Virus record (IMG/VR): IMGVR_UViG_3300030329_003230
Coordinates: 1-64,000 of that record
DNA: 64,000 nucleotides
Source of the DNA: a virus
Direction: 5' to 3' (one strand)
Shown one piece after another: positions 37,470-47,276 of the stretch. Position numbers and translations under genes: made by a program. The first letter of the stretch is position 1. Each line of letters opens with the position of its first letter. Below the pieces are notes generated by a model, which saw only the letters and a list, made by a program, of their open reading frames with translations, was not told the origin of the DNA and made no database searches.

Positions 37470-37587
37470 TAAGATAATTTAGGGGGTTTTGCCCAGTAAT
37501 AAGTAGGGGCCATCATCACCATGTCAGGGCATTACGGTCACTTTATCGGTTTTTGTGACTGTATTCTACTTCCCCCCACTTATCTTA
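37470..37587 (+). ncRNA. Bulged-hairpin 3'-UTR element, copy 2
   Basis: TAAGATAA/TTATCTTA and GGGGG/CCCCC stems, bulge TTTTGCCCAGTAAT, AAGTAG/CTACTT stem. Confidence 0.55.
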
Positions 37588-37600
37588 AGGAGAGATAATT

Positions 37601-38485
37601 ATGGGATTAACATCAATGAGTAAACCAAAACAAAAACAAGCAGTCGATTCTGAACTACAAAAAGAACTACAATATCAGAATTGGAAAAAATTAACTGCGG
37701 AAGCAAGGAAAGAACAACTATCAAGGAAACATTCTTTCATGGTTCTATCAATAGAAGGACAAGCAAAGAAAGGAAAATCTGGATTAGGTCTTGATATTAG
37801 AACAGAAAAAGAAATAGAAGAAGGACATCTTATTCGTTTCTTAGATTTTGATGACGGAGCAGAAGCGACTTGGAAAACCTGTTGGGATTCCGATGAGAAT
37901 ATTTTCGTTTATTGCCCTAATCATTACAATAGCGACGGAACAGAGAACTATTCTTTAACAATGCAAAACGCCATGAATTTCATTAGAGAAACAGAAGAAA
38001 TGATTGCAGATGAAGAAACTAATGTTAGAGCAATTATTGTTGATGGAATGGATAAATGGAATGATTGCGTTACTAATAAATTACGATATGAAAGAGTAAA
38101 AGGTGATAGAAAGAAAATGCAAGAACCAATCCCTCCAACAGCATATGGAGCTAGGAATATTGACCATAATGAGTTGTTTATTAGTGTCTTGAAATTGAAT
38201 TGTGATAAAGTATTCATAACTCATTTGAAGCCTACATTTGGCGACCATATGAACCCTACACCAACAGGTTATGTTGCTTCTTGGAATAAAGACGTTCCAG
38301 ATAAGATGCTTCAAATGATTAGTATTAGAGATGACAGTGTAGGTAACAATATCAAGTATGTTGCTAGATTGAAGGCAAGTAAAACCAATCCACACATGAT
38401 TGGTAAAACTTGGACTATCTTTGAATCTAAAGGGAATAAAGCCACATGGAATGGTATCCCTGAAATGCAAACGAGGGAGATTTAA
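37601..38485 (+). CDS. RecA-fold ATPase, Sak4/AAA_24-like recombinase
   Basis: GQAKKGKS, FLDFDDG, IIVDG, VFITH. Confidence 0.7.
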   Translation: MGLTSMSKPKQKQAVDSELQKELQYQNWKKLTAEARKEQLSRKHSFMVLSIEGQAKKGKSGLGLDIRTEKEIEEGHLIRFLDFDDGAEATWKTCWDSDENIFVYCPNHYNSDGTENYSLTMQNAMNFIRETEEMIADEETNVRAIIVDGMDKWNDCVTNKLRYERVKGDRKKMQEPIPPTAYGARNIDHNELFISVLKLNCDKVFITHLKPTFGDHMNPTPTGYVASWNKDVPDKMLQMISIRDDSVGNNIKYVARLKASKTNPHMIGKTWTIFESKGNKATWNGIPEMQTREI

Positions 38486-38487
38486 TT

Positions 38488-38604
38488 CACTAATTAGGGG
38501 TTTGCCAAATAAAAACAACAGAGTTCGTCTACCCGTCACGTCACTTAATAAGTGTAAGGGCTCGGCAAGGGAGGATGGCTTCTTCCTGTTGTTCCCCATT
38601 AGTG
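38488..38604 (+). ncRNA. Bulged-hairpin 3'-UTR element, copy 3
   Basis: CACTAAT/ATTAGTG and GGGG/CCCC stems, bulge TTTGCCAAATAAA, AACAACAG/CTGTTGTT stem. Confidence 0.55.
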
Positions 38605-38620
38605 TAAACAAGGTGATAAT

Positions 38621-39400
38621 ATGGAAATAGAAGTAAATAAAAAACAAATAGTTGAAGCATTGAAAAATGTAGAAATGAGAGGAAAGTGGGCATCGTCCAG
38701 TGGTTTATCTTCAAAGTCTTTAGGAAATTATATTTATTTTAAATTAGAAGATAATCATTTATTGTTGATTAATTCTGATGAATCTACAACTGTTATAGAA
38801 TCACTATCTGTTGATTCTGAAGATGAAGGTTCTTTCGTTTTAGATATTGAAACTTTAAAGAAGTATTTGACTAAAATGAATGATACGATTACATTTGAAA
38901 TTGGCGATACAATCGTAATGAAATCAGATGGTAAAAGAGCAACAATGCCTATTGTTATTGAACACCCGTATCACGGTAGAATTGGTAGATTTGTTTCACA
39001 GTGGCCAAACCTTTCCTTTGAAGAGGAGTTAGAAAATATACCTAATGTTGGTTCAATGAATCTAACTTGTGCTATACAGATGACAGGAGAACAACTGTTT
39101 GATGCACTTGACGCTTGTGAAATTGTTAACAATGGAGTCTACAAAATTGATTATGTAGAAGAAGATGAGTTAAGTGAATCTAAGTGTGTTATATCCTCTG
39201 AAGAAATCATCTCATCTTATCGGGAAGAGATTGAATATTTATCCTCAATTGGGGAATCTTCCACGGTTCTTTTCAGTGGACCATTACACCGATTCTTCAG
39301 TAAGAAAGACACTATCAATGTCTTCATTGGAGATGACCAACCAATAATTATGATTAGTAATAATAGCGCATTGATACGTGCTCCAAGATTGAATATTTAA
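38621..39400 (+). CDS. Sliding clamp (PCNA-like)
   Basis: 259 aa, acidic, two-domain alpha/beta pattern, GDDQPI and C-terminal APR as in PCNA; near RFC and PolB. Confidence 0.7.
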   Translation: MEIEVNKKQIVEALKNVEMRGKWASSSGLSSKSLGNYIYFKLEDNHLLLINSDESTTVIESLSVDSEDEGSFVLDIETLKKYLTKMNDTITFEIGDTIVMKSDGKRATMPIVIEHPYHGRIGRFVSQWPNLSFEEELENIPNVGSMNLTCAIQMTGEQLFDALDACEIVNNGVYKIDYVEEDELSESKCVISSEEIISSYREEIEYLSSIGESSTVLFSGPLHRFFSKKDTINVFIGDDQPIIMISNNSALIRAPRLNI

Positions 39401-39409
39401 GGTGAAGGA

Positions 39410-40564
39410 ATGAGACAAACCTATCGTAATATGCCCTCTATGAGAGAGACACATCCTCATCTTGCTGAGGAATTTCATCCAACTAAGAATGGTGATTTAA
39501 CTCCTGATAATTTAATAGCAGGGACTAGTAAGAAAATCTGGTGGACATGTTCTACTTGTGAAAATGAATGGAAGACTAGGGGTGCTGACCGGACTTCAAG
39601 GGGACGAAAATGCCCACATTGTAGTCTTGGTAGATTACATTCAGATGGTAGAAACTCAATGGCTAACACCCACCCTGAATTAGCCAAAGAATATCAAGGA
39701 GATGCTACAAAAATAATAGCAGGAACGCATAAAAAGTTAGATTGGAAATGCTCTACTTGTGAACATAAATGGAAGACAAAAGGAAACAGTAGACAACAAG
39801 GAAGTGGTTGTGGTTATTGTGCCGGTCAATGTCTACATTCAGATGGAAGAAATTCTATGGCTAATACTCATCCTCATTTAGCACTTGAATACCAAGGAGA
39901 CGCTACAAAAATAATAGCAGGTACAATGAAGAAACTTCCTTGGAAGTGTTCCACTTGTGACCATGAATGGATAGCAGCAAGTTCTAGTAGAAGACATGCA
40001 AATCAGGGGTGTCCATGTTGTTCAGGAAGAGCGGTACATTCAGATGGTCGTAATTCAATGGCTAATACTCATCCACATTTGGCCAAAGAATATCAAGGAG
40101 ATGCTACAAAAATAACAGCAGGTACAGACAAACACCTTCTTTGGAAATGTTCCACTTGTGAATATAAGTGGTTAACTAAAGGTAAAGTTAGGGGTGGTAA
40201 ACAAGGCAGTGGATGTCCTTCTTGTGCAAAAAGGGCCTTCCGACCTAATGAAGCAGGTCATGTATATCTTATGAAATATGAAGGAGCAAATGAGAAAGTC
40301 ATTTACAAAATTGGAATATCTCATGATGTGGAGGAAAGGAGGAAAAAACTTCTTTCTAAGTATCTACAGAAAACACACTCTGAAATAAATATAGACATCA
40401 TTGACACAATGTACTTTGATACTGGTAAAGATGCAATGGAAATGGAAAAAACATTTCACGCAATGGAAGAACACCGTTTTACACCGAAAAAGAAATTCGA
40501 TGGTTGGACTGAGATGTTCAAAGCCTCGATTGTAGATGTATGGAATAGGATGGTAAAAACATGA
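39410..40564 (+). CDS. Zn-ribbon repeat protein with C-terminal GIY-YIG (T5orf172-like) nuclease
   Basis: Four THPxLAxE...WxCSTC...W...CxxC repeats; GHVYLM...YKIGIS...E...GWTEMF. Confidence 0.8.
   Translation: MRQTYRNMPSMRETHPHLAEEFHPTKNGDLTPDNLIAGTSKKIWWTCSTCENEWKTRGADRTSRGRKCPHCSLGRLHSDGRNSMANTHPELAKEYQGDATKIIAGTHKKLDWKCSTCEHKWKTKGNSRQQGSGCGYCAGQCLHSDGRNSMANTHPHLALEYQGDATKIIAGTMKKLPWKCSTCDHEWIAASSSRRHANQGCPCCSGRAVHSDGRNSMANTHPHLAKEYQGDATKITAGTDKHLLWKCSTCEYKWLTKGKVRGGKQGSGCPSCAKRAFRPNEAGHVYLMKYEGANEKVIYKIGISHDVEERRKKLLSKYLQKTHSEINIDIIDTMYFDTGKDAMEMEKTFHAMEEHRFTPKKKFDGWTEMFKASIVDVWNRMVKT
39638..40230 (+). repeat. Intragenic tandem repeats of about 200 bp
   Basis: CATTCAGATGG...ATGGCTAA at 39638, 39836 and 40037. 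Confidence 0.85.
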
Positions 40565-40664
40565 GAAGAAAAACATTCGCACGTTGGTCATTGAAAAATC
40601 TACGTCAATTCTATCTTTCTAAATTGAAAGTAAAAGTTGTCACTGATGAATATGAATATGAGGA

Positions 40665-42332
40665 ATGGGAATATCAATGATTATATCTTGGATAGATAAA
40701 GACAAATCCATCAAAATAAGATGGAGAGATGAAGATAATAATCGTAAAGAGAAGAGTATAAACGATTTTGAACCATACTTTTTTATCCGTTCTATTGATA
40801 AAAGGCCAGAAACTTACAAGACTAAACATTACATTGGTCAAGGTAAATCAGTAAAACAGACGGGTTTTTTCAAATATAAAACTGGAAAGTATTACAATTT
40901 GAATAAAGAATCATTAACTAAAGTGTTCTACTCTCATCCTAAAGATGCAAAGAGTGCAAGAAATAACTTTTCTGCTACTTGGGAAGGAGATGTTCCTATT
41001 CTCCGTAGATATTGTGTTGACGAATTAAAGGCGGTTCCTGAATATGAATTGCGTAAATGGTATTGGGATATGGAATGGCTACCGGATGAACATGAACACG
41101 GTGGAGCAATTACTGCCATTAGTGTATATGATAACTATACTAATAAAATCAAATTATATTGGTGGAGCCATTGGCACGATAAGTCAAACACAATTATGAG
41201 AAGATTTAATTCAGAAAAAACAATGCTTGAGTCCTTCGTAAAAGATATGCAAAAGCAAGACCCTGATATGTTAATTGCTTGGTGGGGATTACAGTCTGAC
41301 GTTCCTAAATTAATTCAAAGATTATTTGATAATGGTATTGACCCAAGAGGACTTTCTCCCTATAAAGAAGTGAAGGGTGTAGGTTTTAACCATGTTAGTA
41401 AGTTAGATTACAGCGGAATTGAACAACCCATAAAAGGTAGATTATGTCTTAACTTAGATTTAGCATTTGAAAGACAATGGATGGATGCTCAAAGGGGAAC
41501 TCTACCTTCAACATCATTAGAATACTGTGCAAGTGTTTCTGTAGGTGAAGGTAAAAAGAAAGAGTCTAAATTTAAAGATAGAAATGAATTCTTTATGAAA
41601 GCGTGGGAAGAAGATACAACTAATTATCTTGAATACTGTATGCAAGATTCAGAATTACTTTATCGAATAGATGAGGAAATGGGATTAAGTGAAGGAGTAT
41701 TAGCAATTCAGAAACTAGTTAAAACACCCTTTGAAGATTGTTTCTTTGTTAGTCACATGGGAAGTACATATTTCATGAGAAACGCATGGTGGAAAGCCCC
41801 AACTGGGAAACATGCTGAAAAGAAAGAATATGATGGAGCATTAATCTATAATCCTCTTGACGAGGGAACTAATGGGTTACATACTAATGTAGCCGCTTTT
41901 GATTTCGCTTCTCTTTACCCATCGTGTATTCTTGCAAGGAATATATCTTGGGAAACTAAGAGTGAAACAGAAACAGAATTTGCTGTTAACATAAGAACAC
42001 CTAGAGACTTTTCAGATGTCACCCAAGAAGATTGGAAATACTATAAGACGGATGAGTTAGGTCTTTTACCAAATGCTATAGCTACTTTAAAGCCATTAAG
42101 GAAAGAATATAAAATTAAAATGTTAGAGGCTCTAAAATCAGATAATAAGAAAGACTACATTAAATGGAATTCAATGCAAATGGCAACAAAGCGACTATTA
42201 GCTTCTTTTTATGGAGTAGTTGCTTTACAGGGTTTTGGATGGTATGACGTGGATTTGGCTGCAAGTATAACAGCAAGTGCGAGAGAAGCAATTAGAGAAG
42301 CCGCATTTAAAGTGAGGGAGTTATCAGTATGA
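40665..42332 (+). CDS. polB: Family B DNA polymerase, N-terminal part (3'-5' exonuclease, motifs A and B)
   Basis: WDME, YCMQD, FDFASLYPS, KRLLASFYG; ends before motif C. Confidence 0.92.
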   Translation: MGISMIISWIDKDKSIKIRWRDEDNNRKEKSINDFEPYFFIRSIDKRPETYKTKHYIGQGKSVKQTGFFKYKTGKYYNLNKESLTKVFYSHPKDAKSARNNFSATWEGDVPILRRYCVDELKAVPEYELRKWYWDMEWLPDEHEHGGAITAISVYDNYTNKIKLYWWSHWHDKSNTIMRRFNSEKTMLESFVKDMQKQDPDMLIAWWGLQSDVPKLIQRLFDNGIDPRGLSPYKEVKGVGFNHVSKLDYSGIEQPIKGRLCLNLDLAFERQWMDAQRGTLPSTSLEYCASVSVGEGKKKESKFKDRNEFFMKAWEEDTTNYLEYCMQDSELLYRIDEEMGLSEGVLAIQKLVKTPFEDCFFVSHMGSTYFMRNAWWKAPTGKHAEKKEYDGALIYNPLDEGTNGLHTNVAAFDFASLYPSCILARNISWETKSETETEFAVNIRTPRDFSDVTQEDWKYYKTDELGLLPNAIATLKPLRKEYKIKMLEALKSDNKKDYIKWNSMQMATKRLLASFYGVVALQGFGWYDVDLAASITASAREAIREAAFKVRELSV

Positions 42333-42719
42333 AAAGAGGCGAAAGAAAAGACGGTAGCGTTGAAAAACACTGCGGAATTCGTATAGCGTCTAAGTGGAAT
42401 TACTGCCCGATGTGTGGTAAGAAAAAAGAAAAAGAGGTGATTAAATGGGTATAAAATATAAAATAATTACAAAGGTGATAGCATAATGAAATTTCATATT
42501 GTTAGTTTGTTAATTATAATAATTAGTGCTATATCTATTCTTTGGGCTTGGTGGAAAGGGAGAATGGGGGATTAAATGTTAGTTAAATGTCAAGAGTGTT
42601 CAACTCAATTTAGTATTAATATGTGGTCAACTATGAAACATCTATGTGGTAAGTGTTACCTTGAATATAAAAAGGAAATAAGAGAAGGCAAAAGGAATAG
42701 ATTAGGGAAGATGATATAA
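42329..42719 (+). CDS. Four micro-ORFs between the polB halves (42329-42454, 42445-42486, 42486-42575, 42576-42719)
   Basis: Read by hand: Zn finger (HCG...YCPMCG), 13-aa peptide, membrane peptide MKFHIVSLLIII..., Zn finger (CQEC...CGKC); all abut or overlap. Confidence 0.6.
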
Positions 42720-43645
42720 TGGACGTAGTTTATGCACATACAGATTCCCTTTATGTCCCTATACCATCAATAGAAGTTGCTCAAGATGTTCAAAAAATAT
42801 TGAATAAACACATACAAGAAGTAGTGTTTCCTAATATTATGAATTTAGAATCTCATCCTATGGATTTAGAATTCGAAAAATACTATTCTGTATTAGGAGT
42901 AGGAGCAACAAGAAATAGAAATGCTGGTTACATTAATTGGAAAGATGGAGTATATCTTGCTGAACCTGAGTTCTTCGCTACAGGGTTCTCCGTTAAGAGA
43001 ATAGCTGAATCCAAATTAGCGAAAGAGGTACAGAAGAAAACCTTGGAGATGTGGATTAATCAAAAAACAGAACAAGAGATTGTTACCTTTGTTAAGAAAA
43101 AATATAATGATGTTCTTAAAGGTAGAATAGATAAATTAAACTTAGTTAAAAGAAGTAGAGTTAAAGAAAATAGAATGACTCTAAAATGCAGGTGTAGAAA
43201 GAAATACAATGTAGATTATGTTAGAAAATTGTTGAGTGTATTACCTGAATCCTTATGTGAAAAGGATAATTGTAATAGTAAATTAATCTCTTGTACCACT
43301 GTAGAAGATAAAAGACCCTCTTTCGGTGGAGGGTTTGCTGGTATGTTATATTATAATGAGCACATTAATCCTCAACAAAAATTAGATGATTCGTTTTACC
43401 ACATTAAGTGTAAATTTGGTATTAACCAAAAACAGACTTTTACTAATTGGAATGGTAAAGAGAATAAAGCTGGATATATAGCGGTTAGAAATTTAGAAGA
43501 ATTAGAACCATTTGAGCCAGATTGGCCATTCTTAGCAGAAGCAGAGGTTCTTAAAAAAGTGAAACCTATATTCGAAGCGATGGAATGGGATATATCTCAA
43601 ATAAAAATAGATGAGAGTCAAACAAGTTTAGGAGATTGGTTTTAA
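42719..43645 (+). CDS. polB: Family B DNA polymerase, C-terminal part (motif C, thumb, PIP box)
   Basis: YAHTDSLY, LEFEKYY, C-terminal QTSLGDWF. Confidence 0.9.
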   Translation: MDVVYAHTDSLYVPIPSIEVAQDVQKILNKHIQEVVFPNIMNLESHPMDLEFEKYYSVLGVGATRNRNAGYINWKDGVYLAEPEFFATGFSVKRIAESKLAKEVQKKTLEMWINQKTEQEIVTFVKKKYNDVLKGRIDKLNLVKRSRVKENRMTLKCRCRKKYNVDYVRKLLSVLPESLCEKDNCNSKLISCTTVEDKRPSFGGGFAGMLYYNEHINPQQKLDDSFYHIKCKFGINQKQTFTNWNGKENKAGYIAVRNLEELEPFEPDWPFLAEAEVLKKVKPIFEAMEWDISQIKIDESQTSLGDWF

Positions 43646-44490
43646 TGGAATTTACATATCAATGGAACCCTGAATGGGAAGAAGACCCATCAATGCCTCA
43701 ATTAAAGGTTACAAAATCATCTTTGAATACGTTTGAATTCTGTAGAAAACAATATCAATTTAGCTACATAGAACGTATGAAGAGTGAACCTAACGCTGCA
43801 ATGGCAAGAGGTTCAGCAGTTCACGATTCCTATGAAAACTTCTACAATGAGTTTGACCTTAGAAAAGCAGAAAACTTAGACCAAAATAGCCTTTTTCAAT
43901 ATTGTATAGGTCTATTTCCCATAGATGATTACGGTGAAGTTTACCAGACTATGGCAGCGTTTGAAACTGAGAGGTTCTTCTCTTCAAAGGTAGAGAAATC
44001 TTTAGACAATTATCTACCAGTTGGTAATGAGGTAGCGTGCAATGCTAAACTCTTAATTAAGAAAGACATAAATCCGAAATTCGAATTAAAAAGAGATTAT
44101 ACAGTTCATATTCAAGGAATAATAGATAGAATTTTTAGAGAAGGTGATGGATACATCCCTGTAGAATTAAAGACAGGAGTTTGGAAAGATAGAAAACAAA
44201 CTCATATGAGAAATGAAATGGCTTTTTACAAAGTTTTGATGGATGCAGACCCTGATTGTAATTTTGACCCAGTAACTCATTGGGCTTGGTATTATCCAGA
44301 TTCAAATTATTTTCAAGTAGAAGAAGTGAAGAAAAGAAACCAAACTAATATTCCTAAGAGAATTTCTAAGTTGATTTATGCTTATGAACAAGGAATATTT
44401 CCAGCTTCTTACTTCCCAAATAAGTGTCAATTTTGTTCCTTCATAGGAATATGCGACTCTGCTCAACAAGCGGAACTTTGGTCGTGGTAA
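43636..44490 (+). CDS. Cas4-like PD-(D/E)xK exonuclease
   Basis: FC...RGSAVH...GIIDR...VELKTG...CQFC...C. Confidence 0.85.
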   Translation: MVLMEFTYQWNPEWEEDPSMPQLKVTKSSLNTFEFCRKQYQFSYIERMKSEPNAAMARGSAVHDSYENFYNEFDLRKAENLDQNSLFQYCIGLFPIDDYGEVYQTMAAFETERFFSSKVEKSLDNYLPVGNEVACNAKLLIKKDINPKFELKRDYTVHIQGIIDRIFREGDGYIPVELKTGVWKDRKQTHMRNEMAFYKVLMDADPDCNFDPVTHWAWYYPDSNYFQVEEVKKRNQTNIPKRISKLIYAYEQGIFPASYFPNKCQFCSFIGICDSAQQAELWSW

Positions 44491-44648
44491 GATGTCCTGC
44501 AAAAATTGTAGAAAACCACTCGAAGAAATTCTAATAGAAAGTAAAACTGACACATGTTTGATTTGTGGAAAAGAGATAGCTCACTATAATAGAGAGTTGA
44601 ATTTTTGGGATAAAATAAAAATTAAAATTAATACTTGGAGGAATAAAA

Positions 44649-45113
44649 ATGAAAGATAAAATATTAGAAAAAATAAATAGTAAAGATTGGAAATTCCATG
44701 AACTTCTTAAGTTAAGAGAAGCAGCGCAAGGAGTCGCTAAAGAATTGTATCATGAATTAGAAGTAACTTCCCTATTAGAGATGATGTGGGAGAAGAAAAT
44801 AGGTAGTGAAACATGGGGTTTTGTATTCAAAAAACACGCTATTGAAGAACTGGAAGAAGAAGTAATGAAAATTTTTCAAAAAAAGTTTGAATCAGCCACA
44901 GTTAATTTCGATGAAGGTAAAGTGGAACCAGTAGTAGAAATAACTGCTGAAAAACCAGCTTCATTAACAGAAAAATACACTAAAAGTGATGACCCGATGA
45001 AAGATTTAATCGAAGGTAAAGATGTTATTCCTGAGAAGAAAGAAATAAAGTTAGAAGAAAAAGATGGAATGGTTAAGACTAGAGCAGGCAATGTAAAGGT
45101 AAAGAGGGTATAG
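44649..45113 (+). CDS. Hypothetical protein
   Basis: GGAGG RBS. Confidence 0.7.
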   Translation: MKDKILEKINSKDWKFHELLKLREAAQGVAKELYHELEVTSLLEMMWEKKIGSETWGFVFKKHAIEELEEEVMKIFQKKFESATVNFDEGKVEPVVEITAEKPASLTEKYTKSDDPMKDLIEGKDVIPEKKEIKLEEKDGMVKTRAGNVKVKRV

Positions 45114-45351
45114 AATGGTATTTGATGAACTATTAGACGGACAAAGAAAACTAACAGAAACAATGGAACAAATACATACCACTTTAAAATTCAGTAACCG
45201 AATAATCATGATGGTAAATGTAGTTAATATTGCAACTATTATTGTAGTGGGTTTGGTGTTATTGAAATGACCCTTGCTAGATTAGCAATTAAATGTACTA
45301 TTTGTTCAAACATATTTCCTATAATGAAAGTTTACAGGGAAAAAGTAGGAA

Positions 45352-46482
45352 TTGATGGACACTTCTGTTCAAAAGAATGCTGGGATGAAGGTGTTAAAAA
45401 TGAAATTCCCTAGAGAGGTTTGGCCAAGCGCAAACAAACAAACTAATTCCTTTGCAAGTAAAAGAAAATTAGTTAAGAGCCAGAAAGAGTTCAATGATTT
45501 CGTTAAATTATATAATGGAAAAATGAACTGTTTTACATCAGTATATGATTACAAAACTTATACTGAAAAACAAGCTATAGTTAACACAGTTATTCTAGAT
45601 AGAGTATTTTTAGATTTTGATGCTCATCACGGAGAAGTAAACAAAGCAACTGGAGCCCAATTAATTAACCCTGAAGAAATAGGAAAATGTTTAGAAGATT
45701 TATTTTTAGTTTTAGATTATTTACATTCTAAGGATTATAAATACGATATGTCATTTTCAGGTAGAGGGTTTCACCTATATGTTTACGGAGAACCAATAAA
45801 GGATATTCGTAGATTAACAGCCTTTTTTAATCAAATAAAGAAATATACTGTTAATGGTACATTAGATAGTTCTGCTATTTCCAGTAGAAGATTAAGACGT
45901 ATTCGTAACACTATGAATATGAAAGCATCATATGGAAAGGGATGTTATTATTGCATACCTCTATCTTATTCTGATTTAGAAGAGAAAACATTCATTGATG
46001 ATTTATTGGATATGGCTAAAAAACCTAACTTTACTTCTATTAATTATAGAGGGAACAAGTTAGTATCTTGGCCAGAAGTACCACCTATTGAAGAATCTGA
46101 AATAGAAGCCGAAGTAATAAATGTAGGAAACTTACCTATGCCACCTTGTATGCATAGTGCTATAATGATTGAAAACCCAACGGACCAATCAAGAGCATAC
46201 TTAGTTAGTTGGTATAAGGATTTATTATTATGGACTGACCCAAATGTGGGATTTATGGATAGTAAAGCTACACCTAGTTTTGATTCCCGCAATAAAATTA
46301 CAAATAAAATAGTAGCAGAGATTAAACACTTACACGAAGAACATGATGTTTGGTTAGATTTTAAAGAAGAAGTCACTAAATACCGAGTTAAATATATTGT
46401 AGATGGGAACTATAGTTTCCCTAATTGTGATAAACTGATATCTAACGGATATTGTATAGGAAAATGTTGGAGGATGAAATAA
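45352..46482 (+). CDS. Archaeo-eukaryotic primase, PriS-like domain fused to PriL-like Fe-S domain
   Basis: FLDFD, SGRGFHLY, RRIRNT, PPCM...C...C...C; start probably MKFPREVW. Confidence 0.85.
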   Translation: MMDTSVQKNAGMKVLKMKFPREVWPSANKQTNSFASKRKLVKSQKEFNDFVKLYNGKMNCFTSVYDYKTYTEKQAIVNTVILDRVFLDFDAHHGEVNKATGAQLINPEEIGKCLEDLFLVLDYLHSKDYKYDMSFSGRGFHLYVYGEPIKDIRRLTAFFNQIKKYTVNGTLDSSAISSRRLRRIRNTMNMKASYGKGCYYCIPLSYSDLEEKTFIDDLLDMAKKPNFTSINYRGNKLVSWPEVPPIEESEIEAEVINVGNLPMPPCMHSAIMIENPTDQSRAYLVSWYKDLLLWTDPNVGFMDSKATPSFDSRNKITNKIVAEIKHLHEEHDVWLDFKEEVTKYRVKYIVDGNYSFPNCDKLISNGYCIGKCWRMK

Positions 46483-46584
46483 ATGAAAGAAGGAAGACAA
46501 ATGACGTTATATGAATTTGGATTAAAAATGAAAGGACAAACTAGCTTATTGGATTATGGATTAAAGTTGGATGAAGAAGAATGA
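46483..46584 (+). CDS. 33-aa peptide with two tandem PIP-box-like motifs, not in track
   Basis: MKEGRQMTLYEFGLKMKGQTSLLDYGLKLDEEE; GGAGG RBS; abuts primase stop and overlaps next ATG. Confidence 0.75.
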   Translation: MKEGRQMTLYEFGLKMKGQTSLLDYGLKLDEEE

Positions 46585-47276
46585 CTCTAATAATAGATAG
46601 TAGAGAATCCTCTGATTTATCTGAAGAAGTAGAAGATAAAGCCAGAAAGATGAATATTATCACCAAAAAACAATGGATAGAAGTAGGAGACTATGTTATT
46701 GGTAATGTCTGTTTTGAGGCAAAATCTACTCATGATTTCTTATCTTCTATAGTAAGTAAAAGATTGTGGACTCAATTAGATAACATGGATAGGTGTTATG
46801 AAAATAACATAGTAATAATTTATGGTAGTCTACAGCACGCACTTACTTACACCAAATATTCTGCTAAATACAATAACATGCCAAGAGAAAGAAAAATACA
46901 ACTACTAACAAACAATTTCTATGGTGGTATTAGTAGAATAATTTTAGATTCAGATATTAAACCAGTTTGGGTTAAAGACGCATATGCAGCAGCATCAATT
47001 ATTTGCAGCGTTGCTAAAATGCAACCTGTAGATAGACCACCAATTAAGCCTCATATTTTCAAGAGGCAAACCACTGATGACATCAGAATAAACATGTTAA
47101 CGAGCATAAAAAGTGTTAGTGAAAAGAAAGCAAAGACACTTTTAAAACACTACGGGTCACTTATGGAAATAGGTGATTGCGACAAAAGGGAACTATGTTC
47201 TTTAGAGGGCATAGGAGACACAACAGCAGATAGAATATTATCTGTTTTCAATTCCGAAAAGGAGGTTAAACAATGA
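46581..47276 (+). CDS. ERCC4/XPF (Hef-like) structure-specific nuclease
   Basis: IDSRE, GDY, EAKS, C-terminal tandem HhH (GIGDTTA). Confidence 0.9.
   Translation: MTLIIDSRESSDLSEEVEDKARKMNIITKKQWIEVGDYVIGNVCFEAKSTHDFLSSIVSKRLWTQLDNMDRCYENNIVIIYGSLQHALTYTKYSAKYNNMPRERKIQLLTNNFYGGISRIILDSDIKPVWVKDAYAAASIICSVAKMQPVDRPPIKPHIFKRQTTDDIRINMLTSIKSVSEKKAKTLLKHYGSLMEIGDCDKRELCSLEGIGDTTADRILSVFNSEKEVKQ

Noticed and set aside
37466-37587. 3'-UTR hairpin after a TGA stop as a SECIS element
   Set aside because: The other two copies follow TAA stops, no SECIS-like GAA/A loop is evident, and read-through would add only two residues
42332-42719. polB gap as intein, intron or pseudogene lesion
   Set aside because: No intein termini or intron core recognised; both halves are intact and the gap is tiled by coupled ORFs
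43636-44490. Cas4 as evidence of CRISPR-Cas
   Set aside because: No cas1, cas2 or array; solo Cas4-like nucleases are common in viral replication modules
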